56,504 bases of DNA. Origin: an uncultured Actinomycetes bacterium (GTDB lineage: Bacteria > Actinomycetota > Acidimicrobiia > Spongiisociales > DATADW01). The notes under the pieces were generated by a model that had not been told where the DNA came from, searched no databases, and worked only from the letters and a program-made list of their open reading frames with translations. Positions 10,887-21,500 of this stretch are shown one piece after another. The stretch is from NCBI GenBank assembly GCA_963824995.1, contig CAWGRK010000016.1, forward strand, positions 62,001 to 118,504. Direction: 5' to 3'. The translations under genes and the position numbers were made by a program. Each line of letters opens with the position of its first letter. The stretch's first letter is position 1.

Positions 10887-12080
10887 GTGACCAAGGGCAA
10901 GGGGAACAAGCGCCATTGCATGGTGGTCCATGCCTATTACCCCTTGGGCGAGACACGGGTGCAACGCGAGGCGATGGCACTGCGGGACCGTGGATACCAG
11001 GTCGACGTGATCTGCCTGCGAGGGCCGGGGGAAGCGGCTCGGGAGTGCCATGACGGCGTCGAGGTTCACCGGCTCCCGGTAGGTCGCCACCGAGGGCACG
11101 GGATGGCCGTCCAATTGCTCGAGTACCTCGTCTTCTTCGCGATGGCGGCTGTCCGGCTGAGCTGGCTGCATCTTCGCCGGCGCTACCGGTCGGTCCAGGT
11201 TCACAATCTTCCCGACTTCCTCGTGTTCGCCGCGGTCTTCCCAAAGGCGACCGGGGCACCGGTGATCCTCGATCTGCATGACCTCATGCCCGAATTCTTC
11301 GCGGCGCGGCTCGGGCTGACCATGGATCACCCCCTGGTCCGTCTGGTCCTTCTCCAGGAGCGCATGGCCTGTCGATTCGCCGACCACGTGATCACGGTCA
11401 CGGAAGGCTGGCGAGAGACCCTGGCCGGCCGAAGCGTCCCGATGACTCGGTCGACCGTGGTGATGAATGTGGCCGACTCGGCCCTGTTTCGCCGGGAGAC
11501 GACCGAGGTTGTCCCGGCCAACGGGATGTTCGAGATGGTCTATCACGGCACCTTCACCCGGCGATACGGTGTCGACCTTGCCATCGAGGCTCTGGGCCGT
11601 GTACAGCGACGATGTCCCCCAGGCGCGACTCACCCTTCTCGGCGACGGCGACACCAGGTCTGAGCTGATAGGGCTGACCGAATCGCTCGGGCTGTCCGAC
11701 CGGGTGAGCTTCAGCGAAGGGATGGTCGACGTCAGCGCACTTCCGGGGCGCTGCGACGTGCCCGCGTCGGCATAGTCCCGAACCGAAGCAATGTCTTCAC
11801 CGATGAGATCCTCCCCACCAAGCTGATGGAGCTGGTGGCGGTGGGCACTCCGGTGATCGTGGCCCGGACCCCCGGGGTGGAGGCGTACTTCGACGACACC
11901 ATGGTGAGGTACTTCGAGCCCGACGACGTCGACGACCTGGCCGACGCGATTCGCGACCTATTCCTCCGCTCCGACCGAAGGGACGCACTCGTCGACCGAT
12001 CCGACGAGTTCAACCGCGAGTCACAGTTGGGAGGCGGTGTCGGCCCGTTACGTGGACCTGGTCGACCGGCTCGGAGCGGA
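10887..12080 (+). CDS. Glycosyltransferase family 4 (several frameshifts; 3' boundary uncertain, may be fused to next gene)
   Basis: ETRVQREA, HNLPDFLVF, LDLHDLMPE, YHGTFTRRYGVD, ILPTKLME, ending WEAVSARYVDLV across shifted frames. Confidence 0.8.
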
Positions 12081-12144
12081 TGGTGCTTCCAGTCACGGGC
12101 GCCGTTGTCCCGGCGTCCAGCACGGCCGACTCGCCCAGACGCTG

Positions 12145-13241
12145 GTGCACTCCTCCGATGAGCCGGACGACCCCGGCTGGGATCTATTCCGTCGCCGATC
12201 ACGGCCATCACACCCAGACGAGTCTCTGGGGTCAGATCAAGGCATCGATGGGCTGGCAAGCGGTGCGGGTCACAGCCCAGCAGCGAGGTCTGATCGTCGG
12301 TGGTGCCCAGATCCTGATGCGCCGGCTTCCCGTGGGCGGGAACGTGGGATTCGTGTCTCGCGGCCCTGTCCTCGCCGGGCCCGACGCCGCCGTGGCTGGA
12401 GCCGTGATGGACGAGATCGAGCGAGTCGCACGAAGACTGGGCTTCAGCCCACCTCACGATCCAACCGCCATCCGATGAGACAGCGTCTGTCTTGGGTGGT
12501 GAGACCCGTCGCATGTTCCCCGGAACCGCGGAGGTGACACCGCGGGCGACCATCCTCATCGACCTGTCGGATGGGCTCGAGCCGGTCTTGGCCGGGATGA
12601 CTCCGCGGACGAGATACAACACCAAGGTGGGCGCACGCAAGGGGATCGAAGTACGAGAAGGCGGCGAAGCGGATTTGGACATCTTCTATGGAATGCTGCG
12701 GAATACCGCGGACCGCCAGGGATTCACCGCCTTTCCGAGGGGCTACTTCGGCGCCATGTGGCGCGTCTTGAACCCGCGGGGCCACCTTCGGCTCGCTCTC
12801 GCTGAAGTGGACGGAGAGCCGGTGGCGGCCCAACTGGTCATCGCATTTGGCGACACCGTGATCAACAAGATGAGCGTGTGGTCGGGGCTGGAGGGGAACC
12901 GCCGTCCCAACGAGGCCCTTCAGTGGTCGACGCTCGAGTGGGCCGTAGCGAACGGCTACCGGACATACGATCTCGAAGGAATCAAGCTCTCGGCGGCGGA
13001 GGCCTTGCTCCGGGGGGATCCGCTGCCCGACACGCTCCGCCAATCGGTGACCTCGTACAAGCTGGGCTTTGGCGGGGTCATCGCCGTGGCGCCGCCGCCA
13101 CTGGTACACGTTGCCAACCCGGCACTGCGGTGGGCGTTCTCCGAGGTCTACCCAAGGGTCATGGACCATCGGCGGGTCAAGGCGCTCGTCAGGTCCGTGC
13201 GTACTCGACCCGTTGGAAGCGAAGCAGAGGTGGAACGATGA
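12145..13241 (+). CDS. FemAB/FemX-like GNAT protein (peptidoglycan bridge glycyltransferase-like; frameshifted, start uncertain)
   Basis: DDPGWDLF / HTQTSLWGQIKASMGW / SRGPV / TILIDLS...MTPRTRYN...KGIEV / PNEALQW..LEWA...GYRTYDLEG...YKLGFGG. Confidence 0.8.
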
Positions 13242-14175
13242 AAGTGCTATTCATGGCGGGGAGTGGACGGAGTGGGAGCACGATCCTCCACAACGTCCTC
13301 GGGCAGATAGACGGCTTCTTCCCAGTGGGTGAGATCCGCTACATCTGGGAGCGGGGGGCTCTGAGAAACTTTCTGTGCGGCTGTGGCAAGCCGTTCCGGG
13401 AGTGTGACTTCTGGCTGGAGGTGATGGATCGGGCGTTCGGGGGCATCGACAAGATCGACCCCGATGAGTTGTTCGAGCTGACCGAGAGCTTTCGTATCCG
13501 CAACCTGCCGCTCACATGGGTTCCGCCCCTGCGTCGGCGCGAGCTCTCCAGGCTCGGGAGCTACCTCGATTATCTCTCCAGGCTGTACGCCTCGATTGAG
13601 CAGGTGTCCGGCTGTCGTGTAATCGTCGACTCCACCAAGAACCCGTCGTACGGTTACCTGTTGGAGCGGGTGGCGGGCCTCGATCTGTACCACCTCCATT
13701 TCGTCAGGGACTCACCGGCTGTCTCCTATTCATGGAGTCAGAAGAAGCAATTCCAGCCGGGTGAAAACATGGCTCGCAAAGGCTCGGTGAAGAGCGCTCT
13801 CCAGTGGGACGCGCGCAATCTGTCTGCCGAGTTGTTCCTCCCACCATGACCGAGACCGGTGGATGAGCGTGCGATACGAAGACATGATGATCGACCCGAG
13901 GCGAACGGTTCGCGCCATCGTCGACTGGCTGGGTGAGCCCGATGCGCGTGCTCCCGTTCACGTCCGAACGTGAGGTGCAACTCGATCGACGCAATCACTC
14001 GGTGTTCGGCAACGAGGTTCGCTTCGCCACCGGACCGGTCACCCTCCGGCCCGACGAACGGTGGCGGGCCGGACTCGACGAGCGGGATGCGATCACGGTG
14101 AAGGCGCTCACGTGGCCGCTACGCGCTCGATACGGATACCTGAGCCAGGGCCGGGTGCCGGCTGGAGAGAGCTGA
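13238..14175 (+). CDS. Sulfotransferase, carbohydrate sulfotransferase-like (frameshifts near 13845 and 13935)
   Basis: ATG 13238 MKVLFMAGSGRSGSTIL; CGCGKPFRECDFW; VDSTK; HFVRD; VRYED; HSVFGN. Confidence 0.85.
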
Positions 14176-15243
14176 TGCTCCCTCTGTTGGCGCCTGCCCC
14201 AGAAGGCACCTTCGCGCATCGAAATCGTGGATCTGGCGACGGATCCCCGCTGGGCTGGTCTGATCGGCGGCTTTGCCAGCAGCGTCTTCCACTCCCCCGC
14301 CTGGGCGAGGGTGCTCGAAAGCACCTACGGCTACTCGGTGCGGGCGGCGCTCGTTGTCGATGGCGAGGGAAGGCCGGTGGGCGGGATCCCCTTCGTCGAT
14401 CTCGATGATCTCGGCGAGCGTCGCAGGATGAGCCTGCCTTTCTCCGATTTCTGCGATCCGCTCATCGCAAACAGCCAGGCATGGGCGGTGCTTGCGGACA
14501 GCCTCTTGGAGGATGGGCTGCAGACCGACATCCGTTGCCTTCGCAGCCCGTTCCCCGTTGCAGATGGTCGTTTCGCTGTGGTCAAACGCTCGGCCTGGCA
14601 CGGAGTGAGCCTCGAACGGGAGACCGAGGAGATCTGGGGCGGTCTCCACGAGGCGGCTCGCCGCTCGATCAGGAAGTCACGCGGTGCCGGCGTCGAGGTG
14701 CGTCGTGCCGAGGACCGCTCCGACCTACGCGCCTTCTTCGATCTCCATCTGCGGGTTCGCAAGCAGAAGTACGGTTTGCTGGCGCAGCCGTACCGCTTCT
14801 TCGAGAGCATCTGGGAGCAGTTCCTCGCCGGGGGGGAGGGTGCGCTGCTTCTGGCGCTGCACCAGGGTAAGGCGATCGGCGGCGTGCTCTACCTGCGATG
14901 GAAGGACACGCTCTACTACAAGTTCAACGCCTCCGACCCATCCCGGCTCGACGTCAGACCCAACGATCTCCTCGCTTGGGAGGGAATCAACGTGGGCCGA
15001 GACCAAGGCCTTCGCCTTTTCGACTTCGGCCTCTCCGATTACGAACAGGAGGGCCTTGTCCGATACAAGCGCAAGTACGCCAGCGAAGAGAAGACGGTCA
15101 GCTTTGTCCGAGCGCTGGACCCGGGAGTCGGCGATGACGTGCGCAACATCCTGGGCCAAGTCACAGAGTTGATGGTGGACGAGTCAGTACCCGACGCGAT
15201 CACGGAGCGCGCCGGCGACCTGCTCTACCGGCATTTCGCCTAA
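14175..15243 (+). CDS. GNAT acetyltransferase-like protein (CelD/BcsL- or FemAB-related); start uncertain (ATG 14175 with a shift, or GTG 14227)
   Basis: SVFHSPAW, SLPFSDFCDPL, RRSIRKS..AGVEV, RPNDLLAWE, FDFGLS....GLVRYKRK. Confidence 0.8.
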
Positions 15244-15290
15244 ACCTGTTAGCCCACCCCGGCGGGGCCAAGGCGCGCCGCGGTGCGCGG

Positions 15291-16013
15291 TTAGCCCGCC
15301 CAGGCAACGTCTGCCGTCAGGTGGCGCAGCCTCCAGTTCCTGCCTCGCACCGCCAGAGCCGCGATGTGACCTCGGCGGGGGACAAATGACTCGAAGTGCC
15401 ATCGACGCGCCTCCTCGACTCCCCCTGGCGCCGATATGAGCTTGGCGGGTGCTCCCGGCTGGAGGGTCACCGCGAAACTGGACAGGTCCAGGGAGAGCCC
15501 CATACCGTAGGCCTTGACGAATGCCTCCTTGCGGGTCCAGCAATTGAAGAACGCATCCGCCCTCGACCGAGGCGGGACCGACCGGAGCGCGGCCCGCTCG
15601 GCAGGGGCAAAGAAATGCTCCCCGAGTGCGAGGTGATCCATGTCGTGACGTACCCGTTCCACATCGATGCCCAGGACCTGATCGGCGGATACGGCGTACA
15701 GAGCCAACGGCCCGGTGTGCGACAGGTTGAAGCTCAGCTTCGATCCACTTTCTGGCCGAACCACGGAGGGGCGGCCATAACGGTTGTAGTCGAACCGGAT
15801 GTCTCTGGCGTCGGTCCCCAGGTACCCGGCGAGCAGCTCTCTGAGGAGAGCGCGTCCCACCGTGTAACGGCGCCGATCGAGAGCTTTCCGAAACCGTACG
15901 GCCCGGGCCAGTTCCTCCGTAACCAGAAGCTCCTCGTATCGCCCGAGGTCTTCGCGGCTTTCGTCCAGGTCGGCGACCCAGACGTGGACCTCGTCGCCTG
16001 CCAGCGCGGTCAT
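15291..16013 (-). CDS. Sfp-type 4'-phosphopantetheinyl transferase
   Basis: FNLSHT, LGIDVE, FFNCWTRKEAFVKAYGMGL; last gene of the NRPS-PKS operon. Confidence 0.95.
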   Translation of the reverse strand: MTALAGDEVHVWVADLDESREDLGRYEELLVTEELARAVRFRKALDRRRYTVGRALLRELLAGYLGTDARDIRFDYNRYGRPSVVRPESGSKLSFNLSHTGPLALYAVSADQVLGIDVERVRHDMDHLALGEHFFAPAERAALRSVPPRSRADAFFNCWTRKEAFVKAYGMGLSLDLSSFAVTLQPGAPAKLISAPGGVEEARRWHFESFVPRRGHIAALAVRGRNWRLRHLTADVAWAG

Positions 16014-18565
16014 TGTCCGGCGCCATTCAACCCGGCCTCCTCCAAAGCGCGGTCGATGACCTCTCGTATCTGAGTTGCCACCTTCCCAACCCTCGGCTCG
16101 GAGAGGAGACCGATCCTGTGCCCGGGGGCCTCCACCACCTGCAGCGACTCGACCAACGGGGACCAGCCGAGCGAGTAGTCCCCCAACTGACCGAAGGGTT
16201 GGCGGGCCGCCCTGACCAGCGTCACCGGCCTGGAATAGGGCTCAGGCTGGTATCGGGCGTATGCCTTGCTGTGGGCAGCAGCAACGAGCTCTTGGCGGAA
16301 CGCACGGCTGTGGGGCAAGCGGATCCCGACTCGGTCCATGATCCGGGACAGCGCCACTTCCACCCGCAGAACGAGATGAAGGGCCAGCCGCGCGACCCGC
16401 TCGGTCAGGAACCGGGTCCGGCGGGATGAGGGGACCTCGACGACGTTGCTCCACTCCATGTCCAGCCGGGTTCGAACCCGGTTGAGCAGTCGCACCGGAA
16501 GTGGCGCGAGCACGGGCTCCACCTCTGGTCTCGGGTTCTCCACCATCAGCACGAGAGCCACTTCTTCGCCGGCTTTGCTCAACTGCTGTGCCATCTCGTA
16601 GGCGACGTCGCCACCGAGGCACCAGCCGCCGATCAGATAGGGACCGCTGCTCTGCACGGTTCGTATCTCGTCGATGTACCCCGCAGCCATCTCTTCGAGT
16701 TGCCGGGCATGTGAATCGCCGGTGCGGGGGGCCTGCAGTCCGTAAAACGGCTGGTCTGAGCCGAGGTGTCTGGCCAAATCGTGATAGCCGATCACGTTTC
16801 CGCCGTGCGCATGCACGAAGAAGAGCGGCGGGCGGTCCCCGGCGGGCTGGATCGGGACGAGCGATGACCACGATGCGGTCCAGCCTCTTGTCTCGATCAG
16901 CTTGGCCAGCGAGGAGATGGTTGGCGCCTGGAAAAGGGTCGAGAGTGGCAGCGGTTCACCGACGATTTGTTGCTCGACTTCGAGGAGAAGCTCGGCAGCG
17001 AGCAGCGAGTGCCCTCCAAGGGCGAAGAAGTCGTCGTCCACACCAATTGATGTGCTCCCAAACCCCTTCTGCCATATTTCCCGCAATTGCGACTCGAGCA
17101 AGTTGCGCGGGTTCTGCGTGGTCGACGTGTCCGATTCGGCCTCATCTTCGAATTGGCTCAACATAGGAAACTCGGACAGCAGGCGATCTGGTCCCTCCGC
17201 CATTTCCCCCAGTACCTGCTCCAAGCTGGCGATCAGCCCGTCGATGTCCTCGGGCGAGAAAAGCCGCCGCCGGTACCGAACGACCACTCTGTAACGCCCA
17301 TCGACCTCCCTCACGAAGAAGGCAAGGTCGAAGTCTGACGTCGATGCTTCGGGTACCAAAGGCGTGATCATTGCATCGGGTAGGTCGAGCCCGTTCGAGG
17401 ACGTGTCCTGCAGCACGAAGAGGCCCCGGGCCAAAGGTGTATTGACGAGCCGCGCCACATCTTGGAACGGGGTTTCCTGATGGTCGAATGCTCCGGCGAC
17501 TACAGAGCGCGACCTGACCAGGAGCTCGGAGACAGACGGGTCACCAGACAAGTCGCCTCGCAGCACGACCAGGTTGTTGAAGTACCCCACCAGCTCTTCG
17601 GCGGCCATCTGCGCCCGCCCGGCAACCGGTGAGCACAAGACGATGTCGGTCTGCCCTGTGGACCGGTTGAGCAGGATCTGGAAACCGGTGAGCAGGGTGA
17701 TGAAGGGGGTGACGCGGGCGTGGCTGCTCAGCCGCTTGACCCGCTCGGTCAGGTCCTCAGCCAAAGCGACGTTTCGGTGACCGCCCTCCAGCGACGGAGT
17801 GGATTTCCCATGGACTGGCAGCCGCAAAGGCTGTGGGGAGTCGGCGAGGATCGCCTCCCAGTAGGCCAGGTTGCGCCTGGTTATGCCATCGTCGCCCCCT
17901 GTCAGCTGCCAATGGGCGTAGTCGGCGTATTGGATCCTCGGTGCGGGGAGCGGGGAATGAAGGCCGGCGATACGGGCTCTATAGAGGTGCCCGAGTTCGT
18001 GCTCGATACGCTCCATCGACCATCCGTCACACACGATGTGATGGGTGGTGACGACGAGAACATGGTCCATGTCTGCTAGTCGAACCAGCTTTACTCTGAA
18101 CAGCGGTTCGCTTGCCAGGTCGAATGGGCGTTCCGCCTCGATCGTCGCCATGTGCTCTGCTGCCTCGATCCGTTCTATGGCTGGCAGGTGCTCCAGGTCG
18201 ACGCGATCGAACTCGAATCCATCAAAGGCGATGATGCTCTGCTCCGGCTGACCTTCGACCTCGACGAAGCGGGCACGCAGAGCCGCGTGACGCTGCAGGA
18301 TCTCGCCCATGGCCCACTCGAGGGCCGCCACATCGAGCTTGCCCTGGATCCGGTGCGCCGCTTGAAGGTTGTAAACCGGATCGCCCGGCCGCAGTCTCGC
18401 CAGTGACCAGACACGTTTCTGCCCAGGGGAAAGCGGGTGGATGCCGAGATCGGGGCGTGGACTGATCTCGTCGCTCTTCGGTTGTCGAGAGGTGCGGAGG
18501 CGCTCTTCCAGTCGAGCGCGTCGCTCCGGTGTGAGGCGTGCGATCGCCTGGCTTATGTCGGTCAT
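16010..18565 (-). CDS. NRPS termination protein C-PCP-TE with no adenylation domain
   Basis: C domain HHIVCDG; PCP DDDFFALGGHSLLA; TE PPLFFVHAHGG...GPYLIGGWCLGG. Confidence 0.9.
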   Translation of the reverse strand: MTDISQAIARLTPERRARLEERLRTSRQPKSDEISPRPDLGIHPLSPGQKRVWSLARLRPGDPVYNLQAAHRIQGKLDVAALEWAMGEILQRHAALRARFVEVEGQPEQSIIAFDGFEFDRVDLEHLPAIERIEAAEHMATIEAERPFDLASEPLFRVKLVRLADMDHVLVVTTHHIVCDGWSMERIEHELGHLYRARIAGLHSPLPAPRIQYADYAHWQLTGGDDGITRRNLAYWEAILADSPQPLRLPVHGKSTPSLEGGHRNVALAEDLTERVKRLSSHARVTPFITLLTGFQILLNRSTGQTDIVLCSPVAGRAQMAAEELVGYFNNLVVLRGDLSGDPSVSELLVRSRSVVAGAFDHQETPFQDVARLVNTPLARGLFVLQDTSSNGLDLPDAMITPLVPEASTSDFDLAFFVREVDGRYRVVVRYRRRLFSPEDIDGLIASLEQVLGEMAEGPDRLLSEFPMLSQFEDEAESDTSTTQNPRNLLESQLREIWQKGFGSTSIGVDDDFFALGGHSLLAAELLLEVEQQIVGEPLPLSTLFQAPTISSLAKLIETRGWTASWSSLVPIQPAGDRPPLFFVHAHGGNVIGYHDLARHLGSDQPFYGLQAPRTGDSHARQLEEMAAGYIDEIRTVQSSGPYLIGGWCLGGDVAYEMAQQLSKAGEEVALVLMVENPRPEVEPVLAPLPVRLLNRVRTRLDMEWSNVVEVPSSRRTRFLTERVARLALHLVLRVEVALSRIMDRVGIRLPHSRAFRQELVAAAHSKAYARYQPEPYSRPVTLVRAARQPFGQLGDYSLGWSPLVESLQVVEAPGHRIGLLSEPRVGKVATQIREVIDRALEEAGLNGAGQ

Positions 18566-21500
18566 GCCGGATCGGCGCCAGGTGCTTCGCTTGCCAGCTC
18601 GCTAACCAGATCCAACAACTCTTCGTCCGTGAACGCCTCCGAGGCGAGCGTCTCGGTCAGCTTGAGCGCTTGCTCGGCCACCGTCGGGTGCTCGAAGAAG
18701 AACCCAAGCGAGAGCTCCAGCCCGATGAGCTCGCGCAATCGGGCGTTGGCACGCATGGCGTTGAGCGAGTGCCCACCGAGGTCGAAGAAGTCGTCATCCA
18801 CACCCACCTGCGGGATCCCTAGGACCTCAGCCCAGACCATGGCGATCTGCCCCTCGAGTGGCGTCCTGGGAGCGACAAACCCTGCCGCGTCACCAGAAGT
18901 CCCGCTCGGAGCAGGCAGTGCCATACGGTCGATCTTGCCGCTCGAGGTGCGTGGCATCTCGGTGAGGAATACATAAGTCGACGGGACCATATGCCGGGGC
19001 AGCCGGTCGCGTAGGAAGCTCCTGAGCGACGATTCGTCGAGGTCTTCCGGCGTCACATACGCGGTCAATTGCATCTCGTCCATGGCATCGGGATGGACGA
19101 CCACCACGGACTCCTTGACCAGGGAGTGCTGGCGGAGCGTGGCCTCGATCTCGCTCAACTCGATCCGGTAGCCGCGCACCTTCACCTGATGGTCGGAGCG
19201 ACCGAGGAACTCGATGTTGCCATCTGGAAGCCACCGGGCCCGGTCACCGGTCTTGTAGAGCCTGGCCCCAGTGTCGAAAGGGTTGGCGACGAAGCGCTCT
19301 GCGGTCAACTCGGGATGGTGCAGGTATCCGCGAGCCAACTGAACGCCACCGATATGCAGCTCTCCTGGAACGCCAATCGGCACGGGCTGCAGACGGGCAT
19401 CGAGGATGCGGACCTCGCAGTTGGCCATGGGTACGCCGATGGGCACAACTCTCACCGGTCCGTCCTCCGGACAGCGCCACAACGTCACGCCGACAGCCGC
19501 CTCGGTCGGCCCATAGTGGTTGAACAGGTCCACGCCGAGCCGTTTCCGGAACAGGTCCACCACGTCGGGTGAGAGTGCCTCGCCACCCGCCACTACACGT
19601 CGAAGATCGCCACATCGCTCGATTCCGTCTTCCTCGAGGACGAAGGGGAGCATCGATGACACGAACTCGACGGTGGTTACACCCTCCTCGGCCATGGTTC
19701 GTACCAGATAGCCGGCGTCGCGGTGGCCTCCCGGTTCCGCCACCACCAGCCGGGCGCCCACCGTGAGCGGTACGAACACCTCCCAGACCGAAACGTCGAA
19801 GGTGAACGGAGTCTTGTGGAGGATGCGGTCGGTTTCGTCGATGCCGAGGGCGTCTGTCATCCCGAACAGCTTGTTGCAGATGGCTCGGTGAGTTATCACC
19901 ACGCCCTTGGGGATGCCGGTCGACCCTGAGGTGTAGAGCACGTAGGCGGGATCGTCTGGACCTGCTCCTTCGATTGGGCGCTGGGCCGGTGATGGCTCGT
20001 CGCTGTCGATGGCCACGACAGGGACCGTTGTGTCCGGGACCGACTCCAACAGGCTCTGTTGGGTGACGATCGCCGCCATGTCCGTTTCCTCGATCAACAG
20101 TTGAAGGCGCCTAATCGGGTACTCGTGATCGAGCGGCACGAATGCCCCGCCGGCCTTGAGCACTGCGCACAGCGCCACGATCAGGTCGTCCGAGCGCTCC
20201 ATCAACACCCCTACCAAGTTGCCGGTGCCGACCCCGGTTCCGGCAAGGCGGATGGCCAAGTCGTCGACCCGCTGCTCGAGTTGTGCGTAGGTGACCTCTC
20301 TGCCCCGGAAGGTCATCGCCACCGCTTCCGGTGTGCGTGCTGCTTGGGCTGCGATCAACCCGTGCAACGTCACATTCTCTGGGTAGGACACGGCGGTGTC
20401 GGTCCAGCCGGTGATCAGATCCCTCTCTGCCGCCGGTAAAACCGGCAGGTCGCCGACCAGGGCCTCGGGGTTCTCGGCGGCTGCCCGCAGTAAGAGCAGG
20501 AACTCCTCGAGCCGCCGTTGCATCGTGGCCTGATCGAAGAGGTCGAGGTTGAAGGTGCACTCGGCGACCAGGTCCCCGCCGCCCGAGGCCAGGTTGACGA
20601 ACACGTCGAAGTTCTCGAAACGGCGCGGGCCAGAGCCAATCGTGGCGACGACGCCGTCGAAGTCGAGTTCTCCGCCCGGGGCATCCATGTTGAGCGTGAC
20701 GGAGACCAACGGGGTGCGGCTCGGGTCGCGCCGACCGCCAAGCACCTTGACGATGTCGCCGTACGAGTAGTTCTGGTGGTCGTAGGCATCGAGAAAGGCT
20801 GCCTGAGTGGTCCTGAGATGCTCTCGAAAGCTGGCTTCGCCATCCACCGCTCTCCGCCTGGGGAGCATGTTGATGCAATGCCCCACGAGATCTCGGCCGG
20901 CGAACTGGGTCTGACCGGCGATGGAGACCCCCAGAGCCAACTCGGGACCGCCGTTGAGGCGTTGCAGGAAGCACTCGAAGCCGGCCAGGATTGCCGTGAA
21001 GAGCGTGCAACGCTCTTCGGTGGCCAGCGCCTGGAGAGCGACGACGATCTCCGGTTCGATTCGCAGTTCGATGCGGCACGCGGCGTATGTCTTCGTCGAC
21101 TGGACGGACCCGGTCTGGCGGGAAATCCGTCACAGGAAGCGAGCCGCCCAATTCGGACATCCAGAATGCCTCGTCGTCCGACCAGCTCTGCCCCGCCCGA
21201 TGCTCCTCCTGCCAGCGCACATACTCTTCGAGCTGCATCGGTTCGACCAGGGTCGCGGTCTCACCCCTGCGTGCGGCCCGATACAGCGCAGCCAGGTCGC
21301 GGTACAGGATCCCGGTGGACCAGCCGTCGCAGATGACGTGGTGCACCGTGATCAGGAGGAGATGTTCCTCGCCGCCGAGACGAACCAACTTGGTCCGGAG
21401 GAGTGGAAGAGCGGCAAGGTCGAATGGGCGTCTCTGCCTCCAGGACGCGCAGTTCCGCCAGCGATTCCGCCTGGCCGGCTTGGTCCTGGTCGGAGATGTC

